Assembly: GCA_012295275.1 (NCBI GenBank)
Contig: CM022667.1
Span: forward strand, 20,336,001-20,400,000
Length of the DNA stretch: 64,000 nt
Source: Chrysomallon squamiferum
Taxonomy: Eukaryota; Animalia; Mollusca
Reading direction: 5' to 3'
The notes under the pieces are model-generated. The model saw nothing but the letters and a program-made list of their open reading frames with translations, was not told where the DNA came from and did not search any database. The position numbers were made by a program, and so were the translations under genes. Positions 1 to 15,245 of the stretch are shown piece after piece (within the stretch, counting starts at the first letter, position 1; each line of letters opens with the position of its first letter).

Positions 1-346
1 TGAGATTTTTTGGAGACATTGAAGTACATCAATACAATATGTTTCAAAAGGTTTTAAACTATTGTATTTTTTTAAACAAATACATTATAATTTTGTCATT
101 TTCTGTTTAGCACTGATTTAAGAAATTCAAAACAAAATTAACATATTCTTGGCATTTGTAACTTTAGAACTATTTAACATTAACACTTTTTCAGAATATT
201 ACAAATATGATTTGAAGTAATGTATTTAATTATCACAATAAATAACACCAAAATGGTTTAACATTCATTTTTTCTTTCCTGCAGTTACATTCTTTTTAAA
301 AAATTTTTTTTAATTATTACTATTATTTTTTTTTATTAATCTAAAG

Positions 347-3300
347 TCTAAGTCGCTTTGAGGCTATTCCTGATAACCTGACAGCAGACGAAATCTTAGC
401 TCAGGCACAAGCAGCAGCCAGAGAGGCGAAGGAAGAGTTAACTCTCAGAAAACCACAGTGTCAGGTGAGATTTGTATCAGTGATTTATTATTTTAAATAG
501 AAACAAATATTTTTATTGATAATAAACCATCATTTCTAAAGGCCAAGAAGACATGAAAATATTTGTGTTCTGTTAGTTCTTGAGATGTTTAAAATGCCAT
601 GAAAAATGGATAATCATGATTTTTATTATGATGTTATCAAAATGTTAGTTTTCAAAATGACTTAGTTCTGAGTTCTGGAATGTTAAATTTTTCATTCTTT
701 TTTTTTTTTCAAGTTTGGTTTCCTAAACAGAAAATCTGATGGATCAACTACAATGTCAATACTCAATCCAGACAATGATGGAATAGGTTTGTAGTATTTT
801 GTCTCTAGCTTTGACTAAATCATCTTTAACTTAGATCTATTACAGTAGACAAGTTACTCTTTATGTTCAATTTATTGCTGCATATAGAAATAATTAAAAA
901 CTGAAATTCATAATTAAGACAAATAAATATAATTGTAATTTAGAAATTTCGATTATTACCTATAGTCTGTTCAGACTGAATAGCTAAGCTTGGTATTTGG
1001 AGTTTTTCTTGCTTCAATACAAAATAAAATAATTCTGAATTAAATGAAAATATCCTGAAGATTAAACAATAATTTTTGAAATGTTTATTTTAAATGGGAT
1101 TTTTTGATAACTGGTTTAGATAATTGGGAAACATGCTGTATAATTGTAACTTTAATGCATTCTTTTATGCTTAGTTGGAGAAAATGAGAAGATTGTGTCC
1201 TTAGGTGAACTCACTGGCAAAGTAAGCATGGGAACCGGTTCTATAGCTGGTTTCAAGGAGGATAAGAGAAATAAAGTTTCTTTAGGTAAATATTAATTTT
1301 AGTATGTTTTTTTTCTTACAGTTAATTTACAAATTCCCTGTTACATTCATGGATAACTACATTGTATATATTACACAGGAAACATACTAATTTAAAACAC
1401 TCATAGATGCATGCACTGAAACATGCGTGCAAACACACACATGATAACCTAGTATGTTGAGTTGAAACAGTAATTATCAGAAATAATAACATTAAATACA
1501 TTTTTGTCATGGAAATCACTGTTTTCAAAATGAATTATTCCAGTGACATACCTCAACTATGGACCGTTCAGCAGCTATGCTCCCCAGTATGATGCTTCTT
1601 TTGCCAATGTGAGCAAAGAGGAATCGGATATTTTGCTTTCTGCCTATGGTGATGAAACTGGAATACAGTATGCTAAAAGGTAGATATAAAAAAAATGGCT
1701 GCCATTCATGATGACATCATTAATTTTATTTATCACTGATTATTTAATCTGAAATGTTTGGCAATTCTGATTGGATGGGTCTAGTAGGAAATAACTTGTT
1801 CTTTTTCATTAGATCAGAGAAATCTTTTAGATTGAAAAATGTATTCTGGGGCTTTGATAATCAGACAAGGGGAACTAGCTGTGTCAGATGCATTGTACCC
1901 AGCTTTCTAAAATCTATAAATATGTTTGCAATCTTAACTGAGTTGATTTTAATGTTACAGTAACAGTTTTAAGAACTTTTGAAATTAATATTAAGATTAA
2001 AATATATTAAATTTTTTTGAAAATTTATTTCAGTGTTTCACATTTTGTGAAAGATGCTGATGAATATGCTATAAAAATGGTTGACAATCTCTTGGATATT
2101 CTAACAAGAGGGGAACATTCCAAATCAAAACAGATTATTGCACAGGTAGATAGATATACTTTCTTTATACAAATTACAATGCATTAAAATAAGCTTATAA
2201 TTATATGCAATAAAAATGATAACACAAATTTTTTTATTATTTTTTTTTTATATACTTAGTTTATGATACCTTTCCTTTGCAAATTTATGTCAACTTGCAT
2301 ACATTTTTATTTTAAATACTCATTAGTCAGATTTTTCTAGTTTTTACTTTTCTTTAAAAATAAAATAAAATTATATAACCTTAACCTTTCAGAGAAAACT
2401 TTTAGAGGAAGAAAGAAAAACTCAAGATAATAATAAAACGGTTTGTTTGTTTCCCATTAACATATTACTGAATATTAAATTTATAAACAAATGTTTTGTT
2501 TTTAATTTAATCACTGAATTATGAATGTTTTAGAATAGCTGTATTGAACCCTTTTGTAACTTTTTATGTATGATTTGTTCTTAAATATTTATTAAAGTTG
2601 AAGAATAAGTTGGATACATCATTAAGTAAAACATTCTTTAAAATAAGTTCCATTTCTCTGCAGTATGAAATGTCAGATGGTTTATGAAAGTCATAAAATA
2701 AATTTTAAAAGCCCTGTGTTTTTACAATTGTATTACATTTTTAAACTACTACATGAAAATTGTATAAATTGAATTACATCCAACTTTCAGGTTTCTAAAG
2801 ATGATGTTGAAAATACACCAAAAGGTAAAATTTGATTCTTATTAAACTATTTAGTGAATTCAGATATTTAAAACATTAATGTGTAGAATTTAAAGCTGTT
2901 TGCAAAAGTTACTGCAAAGTTAATCATTTGTAACAAATAGTACTGACTTAAAAATTCTTGATTGCTGAATTATTTCAATGGCTTGGGTTTACCACAAAAG
3001 AATTTCATTAGTTGTGTTTTAAAAGAAAACCTGAAATTTTAATTTTATTTGATATTTATGTTAATCATATAAAACAGCTATATTTTTAGATCTATATAGT
3101 CAAGGTATTTAGTACTTAGTGTATAAATACTAATAAATAGATTTTTTATTTAGATTCTATAGTGGATCCACTTCAACAAAGACTGGATCAAACTGCAGGT
3201 TTGATTCAGGATTTACAGCAGACTCAGTTAGAGCGACTCAGTGCTTGTCCTCCATCTCATCTAGGTCTTTTGCCTGGTCCCTCTGAGAAAGAATCACAAT

Positions 3301-3752
3301 TAAGTAAGATCACAACTTTAATTAAAATATTATTTCTATTTTTTTTTTTTTTTTTTAATTTTATAATTTTGAGTTTAAGTTAATTTTATTATTAGACATA
3401 ATAGGTGCCTAACAGTAGTCTAAAACTAAAGTAACTGTTAGGATTTTCTGAAATATAATTAAAACATATATTATGGCTGAATATCACTCTCCTTATACTT
3501 TACATATATATTTGATAAAACATTGTAATATGAAATGTGTGTTTGTATTTCACAGAGGAAAGAGTCTCTAAGGAATTGCAAGCATTAGCAAAGGAAGCTG
3601 TACCCAGGGATTTAATAAGTGTGACAGCAGTTAGACAGGCGATAGGAATAACTACTCAACCAGTTAACACAACCAGTCAGACAACTGAGACGCAACCAGC
3701 ACCGGCTTTACAAACTCTAGTTCAGAGTTCAGAACAACACAGCAGCCTCTAA
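347..3752 (+). CDS. BRD7: Bromodomain-containing protein 7/9 family (BRD7/BRD9), 3' exons encoding the DUF3512 region; 5' end lies outside the window
   Basis: Phase-consistent GT-AG exons 347-464, 714-786, 1175-1285, 1544-1679, 2034-2145, 2393-2440, 2791-2824, 3154-3303 and 3556-3752. Translation includes FGFLNRKSDGSTTMSILNP, GFKEDKRNKV, VTYLNYGPFSSYAPQYDASFANVSKEESDILLSAYGDETG, DNLLDILTRGEHSK and LQQRLDQTAGLIQDLQQTQLERLS, typical of the BRD7/9 C-terminal half. BRD7 versus BRD9 cannot be resolved. Confidence 0.9.
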
Positions 3753-3945
3753 AAAAAAATCCAAAAAATCACATCTTTAAAAAAAAAAAAAAACCCATCA
3801 AGGAAGCATTTTAAATTAAGCTTAATCAAGACCTTATTATGATTTTTGTTGTGCATTAACAGTACAACTGATGGCGAGACAGAATTAGTTATTGAATTTC
3901 AAATTTACCACAAGAGTAGTTTGATAGAGAACTACACAGTATCTG

Positions 3946-4252
3946 TTGAAGTCTGCCATTTCTTTTACTTGTGGCAGACTGATTGTGGCATCAAAGGAAG
4001 GAGCATTTAACAGGAACAGTGTGAACTCTGTTTATTCCTGTACAATAAGCACACACTGTCAGTGCAACCTTGTGTTGATACATTAAGGATGTATAATTTG
4101 AAGTCTGTTATTTCTTTTACTTATGGCAGATAGACTGGCATCAGAAAGAGGGGCATTTAACAGCAACAGTGTGAATTCTGTTTATCACTGTACAATAAGC
4201 ACACACTGCCAGTGCAACCTTGTGTTGATGCATTAAGGATGTATAATTTGAA
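3946..4252. repeat. Two diverged tandem copies of a ~153-bp unit in the BRD7/9 3' UTR region
   Basis: ttgaagtctg...tgtacaataagcacacactg..agtgcaaccttgtgttgat.cattaaggatgtataatttgaa occurs twice back to back. Confidence 0.85.
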
Positions 4253-5254
4253 AAAGCAGAAGTAAAAATCTTTTACTTTGTTTACTGATATGATTGCAAG
4301 AAGGAAGAACAATAATTTTATAGACAGAAGGTAGATCTTAGTCAAACCAATAAGGTTGGTTTATTGATGGGCTAGCAAAATCAATTGTTTGACATCAATC
4401 CAATTGAGGAGTCCAAAAGATACAGTCAGTATTCTTTGATCATCTCAATTCAGAATATGGACTATTTCTTTATTTTTTATATACCTCCTTAAATTTGCAG
4501 TACAGTGAGAAAGCTGGCTTTTAAATTCATGTTTTCAGATGGTTGGCAGTTTATGTAATTAGATTAAAAAGGTTTTAAAACTTTATGTACAGATGTTTTC
4601 AAACATATCATTCAAATAACTGATGTACAAAATTAATATAAATGTTTATGGTTAATATATTAGATATTTTGCAACCGGATACTGAATAATTCCAAGGAAT
4701 TCAGCTGGATTTATGAAAATGAACATAGATGAAACCACTGGTTTACGAAACATACAGAATTAAAATAACATCATTTTCAGTATTGATTGGCATTTTTAAT
4801 GATAATTTTGTTTAAAATGGACTATGTGAAATGATAAAACCATAAAACATGAAAGTAAGTGAAGAGAGATCTGCTTCATTTTATAAACAAGTTACAATGA
4901 ATACCATTACAGCTCAAGTAAACCAGCCTCATTAAACTGGACGTTATGTGGAAATTAGAGGTGATTGACATATTATAGATTTCTTGCTTCTGATTAACTA
5001 ATTTGAATAAAATATTTCCACAAATCATAAAGAATTGTCATATATATATGATAGGAGACTTGGCATGGGACACAGCTGAAATGAAGTGCCCAGAAAGATA
5101 TAGCTTAAAATCAGTCACCTGACCAACATACTAACACAAAATTAGAAGAAACAAAAAAACAGACAAGAAATAAGAATGTATTCTCATTTTATTTTTCATA
5201 TATAACAGAATTTTCAAACACTAAAACAGTGATAAACTGCTTTACTGACAAGAT

Positions 5255-5475
5255 ACAAAAGTACCTTTACTAAAAATAACATCAAATGTACCATTACTAA
5301 AAATGACATTTGTGTAAATAGTACTGTTACTAAAAAAAAAGACATCTGTGTAAATAGTACCGTTACTAAAAATGACATTTGTGTAAATAGTACCATTACA
5401 AAAAAAGACATTTGTGTAAATAGTACTACTACTAAACTGATGTGTGTAAAAAGAACTATTACTAAAAATGACTTT
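5255..5475. repeat. ~39-bp minisatellite, about 5 copies
   Basis: Repeated gtaaatagtaccattactaaaaatgacatttgt; explains the spurious ORF at 5214-5411. Confidence 0.85.
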
Positions 5476-6429
5476 TTTTTAATAAAATCTATCCAGAATG
5501 ATGGGATCCATTACATAATGAATTGCTATTAGGAATGATAACAGTATATAGTTAACAAAATGTTAAAAAACAAAATTAACTATTGGCATAATGCACTGCA
5601 CAAAACTTGCATTTCAATTTTCTTCATGGCCATTCTATATAGTAGCCAAAAGTTAATGTAAATAAAATTCATTTCAACAAAAAAAGAAAGAAAAAACACA
5701 CATAAAAAGCCGTCACCCAACAAAAAAATAGTTATAATTATTTTTAAAAAATCACAACCATGAAATTACAACATCGAATTCACATTTGGAATGGTATATA
5801 AACATACATTTAATGTTTTGGAAATATATTTGTATAGAAAATGCAGAATAACAGAAAATAATTTTTATATCAATTAAAATCAGTATGTTGCTTCAATTTA
5901 ATAAAGTAATCTTATAAATTGTGTTGTATAAAGACACATTGCCTATATGTCACATTTGTTTCCACAGCAATATTTAAATAAAGAAATTTAAATTTAAGTT
6001 AAAAATGCAGGTCATAACTGCTATATATATATATATATATATCTCAAATTTATTCAGCTTTCAGAGCAATATCTATTTTTAAAATTTCTTTTAAACATTT
6101 AAGTGAATCTATTTAAATAAGCATGTATGTTGTTTGACAACTAGAGTAAACATACTTTTTCAGTAAATATTCAAGGCTACTTGTTTAGCAACACAAATTC
6201 ATTACTGATTTGACATAAAAAAATAAAGATCACTTAAAATTATATCATTTTATCAAAAGGCCAAGGATTAGTAAAATCATTTAATATTATTAATCTTGTT
6301 GAATAAGGTTAATATTTCTTTTATTTATAATTGGATTAGTCTACCCTGTATATAATTATATAGCTTAAATAGAAAAGTTAGTAATGAGGACTGGATAATG
6401 TAAATGAATAGATAAATCACTGAACAAGT

Positions 6430-9400
6430 TTATACACACGTGGGAAATTGCATCTTCACTCTGTGACTAACAGTAAATACTGGGTGGATTGCTTCTTTAA
6501 ATGACTCATTTGTAATGATTCGCTTGCCCACTAGAATATCACCCCACATCGAACTAGTTATGGTATAAGTGAACAGTAGTTTGTCACTGTGATCAGTCAC
6601 AACTGAAATAGTTACTGTCATAGGTAATCCATCAAGAGGCATTAGTAAATCCATCTTTCCTTCATAGGAAAAGTGCAAACTGCCATTTGAGCAAACGACT
6701 CCATAGGACTTGCCGTTCATTCCAATCTGGTCTTTGTAACCAAGCACCTGGGATGCAATACCAACACCGAAGAGGTAACCCATTGTGACATCACGGATCT
6801 GGTTGGTGTTTTTCTCTACTGTAATGGTCCAGACACTGTTTTCTGAAAGAGTTTCTGCTGTGAAGGTGGTGGAATTAAAGCCCCAGGTAATTAGACATTT
6901 ATTCTGTACACGAGGGGCGTCCTGGTTGTTTGGTGAAGCAACAGATCGAACTGTTGGGACCATATTCACACATTTTTCAGTATCATCACCTATATGAAGA
7001 ATTAAAAAGAACTTGTACATAATACCCTTGTAACTGAAATTTTCAGTTTGTAAAATGTTGATTGTTCTACTGAACTTAAACGAATAAGTATTTAAATTGG
7101 TTACAAATTTCAAGTTTAAATGTAATTGACGATTATCAAAATAAATTCATCAGCTTTGGTACTTACCAGTAAACACACTGAAGCACTCAAATGACGCAGT
7201 CTTGAATCTTGATACTGCTGATTTTATCCTAGACTGGGCAGGTTGTAAAGTTACCAGCTCTTTGAAATTGGTGTTATTAGTTTCTGCCCTGCAAGTAATA
7301 ATTTTTTTTTTAATAACAAATATGTTTATTAATTTATAATAATGAAAAAATAAAGCCATAAACAATACTTTACCAGTGTAAAGTAATGAAGTTCTTAAAA
7401 GAAGTTTGACTGAAAGTAATTAGTGTTTGTAATTTTGGCAGGTATCTTCACATAAATCTTTTTTGTTTTAGCTTTAATCTTTAATATGAAATAAAAATAA
7501 CAAAGAACATTCCTGACAAAATACATTGATAATTAAAGAGAAAAGCAGTGATTTTTCAAAAATAAATTCCAGAAAAAAAAGTTTTATTCTAATATTTCTT
7601 TTAGCAAGTACTTACATTGTTTTCATGGAACAAACTTGGTCCATTACAGGCATAACTTCATCAGCCTTCTGCAGCAGATCCTTTGTGTGGTCTTCATCCA
7701 GCAGTTTCTTACACAACTCAGCCACTGACTCCATTGACTTCAGAGACTCTTTATTGTGGTCTACGTGGATTTTTAAAGCAAGTGTAGCTAGAGATCGGTG
7801 TTTTCCTATCTCGTCTAACATAGTTTGTTTCTGCTCCTCTAACGCAGTTGTGATGTCTTGTACAAATCTCTGATACTGACATTCTACCTTATCTCTTGCT
7901 TGTTTGTGGATTTTCTAAAAGAAATATAGGGCAATTTTAGAAAATCCAACATTCAAAAAAAAAAAAAAGAATAAAAATAAATAAAAATAAAGAAACAACC
8001 TTTTTGTTCTGAGCTACATTAGTTGTTAAAACAACAAATTCTTGCTGTAGTTCAAATATATATTAAGAACACATACTTAGAGATGACATTTTAGTAAAAA
8101 CAGTAATTAGACAAGGACCATGATGTACATACAAATCTCACTACTCTGATTACAGTATCTGCAAGCATTAAAATAGTAAATTATAATTTTAGTAATTATA
8201 AACCTAGAAATATCAGCTTTAAAACTCAAGGTAAGATGGGCACTTGACTGAATAAACAGATTCAGAAATTTTCAGTATGTTTCACAATAATTTTAGTCAA
8301 CACTAGCAGTAAATACAAATTAAATAAGAAAAAGTAACTTAACTACCTCAATGTCATCTGTAAGTTCATCTAACTTGTTGTTCTGTTCTGTGAGGTATGA
8401 CATCATCAACTCCAACTGTTCCTTGGAAGATGTTACACATTCCTGAAATTAGTAAAACATAAATCTGATGCTACTGTTATATATAAAATTAGTCAATACT
8501 TTGAAACTTGTCAATAACCAACATAACTGACTAAATCTGTAATACAAAATAAATAAAACAAAGTCTTAAAATAAAGTGAAAACAAGAAAGAAAAAAGTTA
8601 AAGCTAAAATAAACAAAATACGTTTACAAGTTCAGCAGACTAATTAAATAAATAGAAAAAAAAAAAGATCTTGTCAATACATCTTCACAGAAATACTGAA
8701 AACGTAATTAAATATAATTTATAAATATTAGAACTAACCCGAAGATGCTTCCATGCTGCATCCATTGCCAAAATCTGATGTCCTGAATGTTTGCCCACAT
8801 CCTGACACACACAGAGATGACACAGCAGAATCTTGCAGGAGTCACAGAAAATACTGGCTGCTTCAGTGTTATGATCTTTGCAAAACACAGTTTTCTCAAC
8901 CATCTTGGTTTTAGAAGGTCTGCAAATTTTGTGATGACTTAAAGAACCCTTTTTCGGGTGGTAACTGTTCAAACACTTCTGGCAGTAGAGAATAGCACAG
9001 CGCTGACAGTACCACACTGCCTTGGCAGGGGAAACTGAATCACACAGGCCACAGTTTTCTGAAACGTTCTCTGAAAACACTGAGTCGTCAAGATCCGTTA
9101 GCAAAGATGAATCTACAGTTTCAAAGTCAAAGCTTTTGTTTAAGCTTGAAGAATTTACTAAGCTGGTACTCTGAATTTCTTGAAAGCGAAAAACAATATT
9201 TTCCAGTGCCAGGTTTTTTGGCAGCTGACCAATTCTCTCTTTTGACACTATGATAGCTTTACGACAAGATGGACACTCTAAACCTTTGAAAAAATAAAAA
9301 ACAGAAATAAAAAAATGAATGAATAAATGGAATGATTGAATTTAACAGTATTTTTACACAAATAATAATTGGCTATCGAGAATCATCCTTTTGTCATTAT

Positions 9401-10216
9401 AAATAAGTGTAAAACAAAAAGAAATATAAAAAAGGAAGTATTTAAATATTTATTAAAAAGCTTATTTTATTTAGCAGATTTGAATTCAACTAGAAATATA
9501 ATCAATAACCTCGTAACAGCTAAATATCAGTTTATTAATTTTTAATTCAGATCTTTATTAATTAAAACTATTGTTTTTTTTACCATCTTTTCCACCTTTT
9601 TCTCGACTGTCGACAATGTCAGTAACACATTTCTTACAGATACTGTGAGAACATGGCAGCATTAAAGGATCTGCAAACAATTCCAGACAAACTGGACACG
9701 TGAGTTCATCTTCCATCAAGTCGTAAGTTGAATCTAAACAAAATCAACATAGAAGTTTATTTAACATTTAAAAATACCTGTTTCTCCATATAGATCTTTT
9801 ATTTTTTTACATTTAAAATCTTTAAAAAAAAATATTTTTCTTATATAAATCATATAATCAATTAAGTTATACTCTCTTTGCATTTACAAATCAACTGCAG
9901 CTGTGGAGATAATGCTAAAACTAACTAGGTGTTAATGTTTATTGTGAATAAGCTGATCATCAAATGCAGAAGAAAAAAATTGTAATAAATATTATTACTT
10001 TATTACAAATAAGTTACAATTCATCTTTAAAAATATCTTGCAATCTATATAAATACAATACAGCTCTTGGCAAGACAAGATTTTCATTTGAAAATTTAGC
10101 AATTATTCTGACTAATAAAAATCTGGATTTTCCACACTTAGATGGTTTAGTAACTAATCACCAGTAGAAGCAGTTTTCTTGTGAAAGGACAACCGAGGCG
10201 GAATCTGGTCATTCAT
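6430..10216 (-). CDS. Tripartite-motif (TRIM) E3 ligase: RING, B-box1, B-box2, coiled coil and divergent SPRY/B30.2-like C-terminus
   Basis: Phase-consistent exons 10216-10162, 9733-9584, 9283-8739, 8442-8347, 7914-7616, 7288-7167 and 6989-6430. [34 protein letters not shown]...LECPSCR; [11 protein letters not shown]; B-box1 CGLCDS...[18 protein letters not shown]; B-box2 CKDHN...[13 protein letters not shown]...HSGHQI; C-terminus with GVGIA and IHPVFTV. The first coding exon (MNDQIPPRL...) is less certain than the rest. Confidence 0.88.
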
Positions 10217-11235
10217 TGTTTCCACTTCTTAATCACATCCGTCATCTTACTACACTCCAGTTATAAATTTAATTAGCAATAAAAAGGAAAAGGATAAATT
10301 TAGTTATAATTAAACTAAATAAATTATTTGAAATATTTGTGTAACATACTTATGCAATTTACTTCAATAGATATTTAGAAAGAAACTAATTTTAATACCT
10401 GTCAGTTACATATTTGATGAATTCACCATTAAATTGATTAGACTAATTAGAAATACTACAAATCAGATTAGTAAACTATCCATATCTTACACCTATCTTT
10501 TCTTTTTATACATGCATTAGTAACAGATCCTGAAGGATTCAGCAGAAAGTTTTTAACATTAATTTGATTAAATTATAACAATGAACACAAAATAAACTGT
10601 ACACTTTTTAAGTCTCCTCAAAAGATAAACATTAGTTTTGTTTTGAGCTAAGATAATAAACAGAAACTATTTATCTTTCCAAAAAAATATTTTTATTTAT
10701 TTTATCTATTATTGTTATATTTATCTTCCAAAAAAATAATAATAATAATAACAATAATAGTAATAAAAATCACATCCCTATTATATACAAATAAATAAAT
10801 AAATAAATAAATAAGTGAAAGGCCTTTAAATTCTTGTACTGGTCTACAAAAGATTTGTTGTGAACGTTTTTTTTAATGTTTATTGAAGACAAACCTTACG
10901 GTTTGTCTGCTTCACTGATTAAACATTAAGCAGATTGTTTCAACAGGAAGTTAAAAACTATCATTTCTCAGTTAAACTTAGCGAACACTTCCTGTACTGA
11001 AATCCTTAGATTTATCACATCTGAAGTCTATAATTAAATTAAAATATTTACTGTAAATTTCAAAAAAGAAATTGGATACACCTGAGTTCATATAAAAAAG
11101 CAACACTTAAAATACACAACTCAGAAATGCAAATATGATTTAAAAAAATAATAAATATTTAAATACTAGTCAGTTTATAAATAGTAGACCTACTGAATGA
11201 AATCAAATATTTTCCTGTTCACATTTACCTTGTTG

Positions 11236-11287
<52 letters not shown>

Positions 11288-11877
11288 TAAATGTAATATT
11301 TGTGCAACACTATAATTTCAGCTCATGTATAATCTGTTTTAAACAGATGTAGCAAAAACTTTCTATGTGCCACAGTGAATTTCGCCTTGTTTTTGTGATG
11401 CATAATCACTTTCCTTGAAGAGGGTTACTTCATTTGAGTTTTGTTGTCATTATTTTTAAATATTAAAAAAAAAAAAATCATGACAGCTTCATTTCTTGAC
11501 ATGGAATTTTTAATAAAAAACTGACAAATTTACCTTTCAAAATGATTGTCATTTGACAAAGGAAGACTTATTTTCAATTTTAAATCACATTCAAATTTCA
11601 GATTATGCCTTTCTTTCATAGTTTGCCAAATTTCATACAAGTAAACAACAAGGCCTTAGTGGTTATTGTTGCTGCTGATGTCTATGCAGTTCAGTATTTC
11701 GTTCATTTTATATTCTCATTGAGTAATTATGTGGCATAAAAATCAAGTTTAGTGCAGCTTTAAATATAACTGTCTTTCTGATTTTAATGTTGATTATGAA
11801 GAAAGGTTGTAGCATGTTAGATTTTCAAGAATTTTTTTGAGATCTGTATCATGAAGGCAAAACGAAAATTAATGCTA

Positions 11878-11941
<64 letters not shown>

Positions 11942-12338
11942 GTAGTAATAGTAATAATAATAATGATAATAATAATTTTAGCTAAATATTTGAAAAAGTA
12001 AAGGCTTCTGCAGCTCATCAAAAGCTTAACTTGAAAAATGACCTTTTTGTATGCTGGTTTACTTTCTATGGACTTAATGAAACATACTTTTGAGCTAATT
12101 AGTGCCATTAATTAATTAATATTCATGAATATGCTTAAATACTGCACAGCTCTTGAACTCACCAAATGGTTAATTTATATATAAGTAACACGTTTTTTTT
12201 TTTTTGAAACTAAATGAAATATTCAATTATGTTGCCAAATGGCTGAAGATTATGAAAGAAAAACAAAAAAAAAACTCGATACTTCCTTCATATCAATAGT
12301 ATCGAAGAGATCTTTGTGTCATTTTAAGCTGAATCTCA

Positions 12339-12369
<31 letters not shown>

Positions 12370-13039
12370 GATGATACATAATTTAATAAAAAATTATATT
12401 TCTGAAAATTTTGTTACATATCTACTGTTTACTTTGTTATTTATGATTATCTGTCGTCAAAAAGAAACAAACATAAGCTCCATCGATGCTTCAACAATAA
12501 CATATCGTGACATCAGTATTTATTGATCTTACCGAGCCAAAAATCATTTACTTATAAATTACGATTTCATACACAGTTCGTTGAATGCAGTAATGATAAT
12601 GATTATTTAATAAAATTATTACATATTTATAATGTAATATATTTAAATATAGTAATAGTAAATAATGTCATTTTGGATTAATTTAATATTTTAATCGTAT
12701 ACTTTATAGAATTAGAAATCCAAAGGTAAATCTTATCAAAGACATTTCCACTGCATGCATTTATGTATAATCAGCATAATTCAGTAGAAGTTTGAAATTA
12801 TTTCATTTGCTAAACGAAAACAACTTAGAGCTTACCAACGCATCAAAAACACAACCTATACAAGCAGACATTTTTCCCCATTTCCGGGGTTTCCAGTGTA
12901 TCGGATATTCGGAAATCAACGAAATGTTCCGAATGTTCTATTTCCTTTCAATGTAAAACCGATAGCGATTCTGGCGTAATCTCAAATGAGAATTTGAAAC
13001 TAAATTTATCTTATTTAAAATAAATAAATAAATAATTAT

Positions 13040-13230
13040 TCTATTATTATTTTTAAAGATACATTTAATAATCATTAATATGTCACTGCTAAGACGAGAT
13101 GCGTGTGTTTTTGTTCTTTGTATGTATTAACATTCATTCCCAAAAAACTTTGGGTAACTGAATTAATCTGGCGTATTTTCAAGTAAGAATTTGAAACAGA
13201 ATTTATGTTATACATACATACATACATACA

Positions 13231-13265
<35 letters not shown>

Positions 13266-13460
13266 GTATGTATGCCAGATTAATTAAGTTATCCAAAGTT
13301 TTTTGAATAATAATAAATAAATAAATAAATAAATTATTGTTTATTATTATTATTTTAAAGATACACCTAATAATCATTAGTTTTTCAATGCTGAGACGAG
13401 AATCGTGTGTGTTTGTATGCCTTAATATTCCAAAATAACTGGATAACTGAATTATTAATT
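13040..13460. repeat. Diverged direct duplication with ~300-bp spacing
   Basis: ttttaaagatac...aataatcatta...tgct.agacgaga..cgtgtgt...ccaaaa...taactgaatta at ~13052 and again at ~13353. Confidence 0.7.
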
Positions 13461-15245
13461 TGACAACAATACCATTACCCAATAGTAATAAATATATTTA
13501 TTATTTACAGACTTTTACGTTATTGATTAATTAAATTAATAAAACTGGCCACTGATAAACACCAATAGCATTTACATTGCACTCAAACCCCCAAACAATA
13601 ACCCAGTTCGTCAATTTATACTTTATCCCTATACACAATCTATATTATCATCTACAGTGTTCTGTGTGGTATCACTTACCCTGTTAATTATCACTTTTAA
13701 TATAATACTAATAAATGAATTATTTAAAATAAAGTAAAAAGAAATGAAATAAAATGAAATAGAATAGAATAGAATAATAGCACGGGACACTTACAGAAAA
13801 AAAAGAAAAAGAAAAACAAGTCTAAAAAGACAATTCAGTCTCTACGCAATTTTCTGAATAATATGCCTATATAAAGTTATGCTCCCAAAGGATTTACGAA
13901 TTAATTCAATAAAAGGTACGGAAATGTTTTAAAATGTTTTCCAATGATATGTCATTTTTTACGAATTTTTAGGAATTACCTTTTTTGAAATGTTACTTTT
14001 TTCACCGACCTGAGAATGGAATCTTCTAAATAGTATTTAAAATAGTTTTGAAATGTATTTATTTCTAGAAGAGTATTTGTATTAAACGTTAAAATATTTT
14101 ATAGATATTTTTTTAGAAAGGATACTTTCTAAATACTTATGGAAAAAGTTTTAGAAATGTATTGGTTTGTTCTAGAAATGTATTTTTAAACATGTCTGAA
14201 CGCTTTTGTATGTAGTTTTACAAGATTTTATGCACGTAAATAAATGTTTTTAAAATATGACAACAAATTAATAAATATAAAGACAAAGGACTTCAGCACA
14301 CTGTAATAAACACTACAATGGTCAACTTTAAGTCAACTCGAATTCCTAGAGATACGTACATACATACATACATACATACATAGATATATATTAGATGCCT
14401 GGTATAACCTGCTCAGCCTATTATATTTCGGTAAATAAATCACAGTAGGAAACCTGTACACATTTACTCAGATGTAAATTTGCAGTAACTTTCTTTTACA
14501 GTAAAATGTAATGTTATGTTTGGCTCATATTCTTTAAAAAAACAAATAAAATTACTTTGATCATTGTTTTCATTCCTGTAGTGATCGTAGTATAATATAT
14601 TTTCATTTGTTGTTGATTTCAAATTTTAGGTATATTCTTTTAAAAGAATAATCCAAAGTGAATTCGTTTTAGGGAAATACAAGACTGACTCTTAACTATA
14701 AATGATAATTGTGGTTGTTGTGTCCTGGCTTCAGTGATAATATATTCGAAGTTTTCCGTAAAACAGATCCAAAATTACTGTATAAATATTTCATTTTGTT
14801 TTGCCGTTTGCGCACAGTTATCACTTTCAACAAATCTAGATATTTAACACCCACTTCTGAAGTAGATTATTTCTGCCAAAGCTTATTTCATAATATACCA
14901 TCTTATGTGTTGGAAATCTTCATTCTACTTCTTTTCATATCTCTGAAAAGTACTTTTACTTTGTTAACGCGTGAGTAGAATTTTATGAGAATATCAATAA
15001 ATATGTTGTGAAAAGGGTCAGACTATCGTTTTTTTAATGAACCAGCTTCGACATTGATAAAAAAATCGAGACTTCGTAGATATTTAAAAAGGATGTTTTG
15101 GGGTTTTGTTATTTAAACATAATTATGATAACAAAAATTTAAAAAAAAAAAAATTCTTATTAAACACGCGAAACTAAATGTAACATAATTTTGAAATACA
15201 CAAATTACCGCTCAGTATGTATAATATGTAAATATATCAATACAC

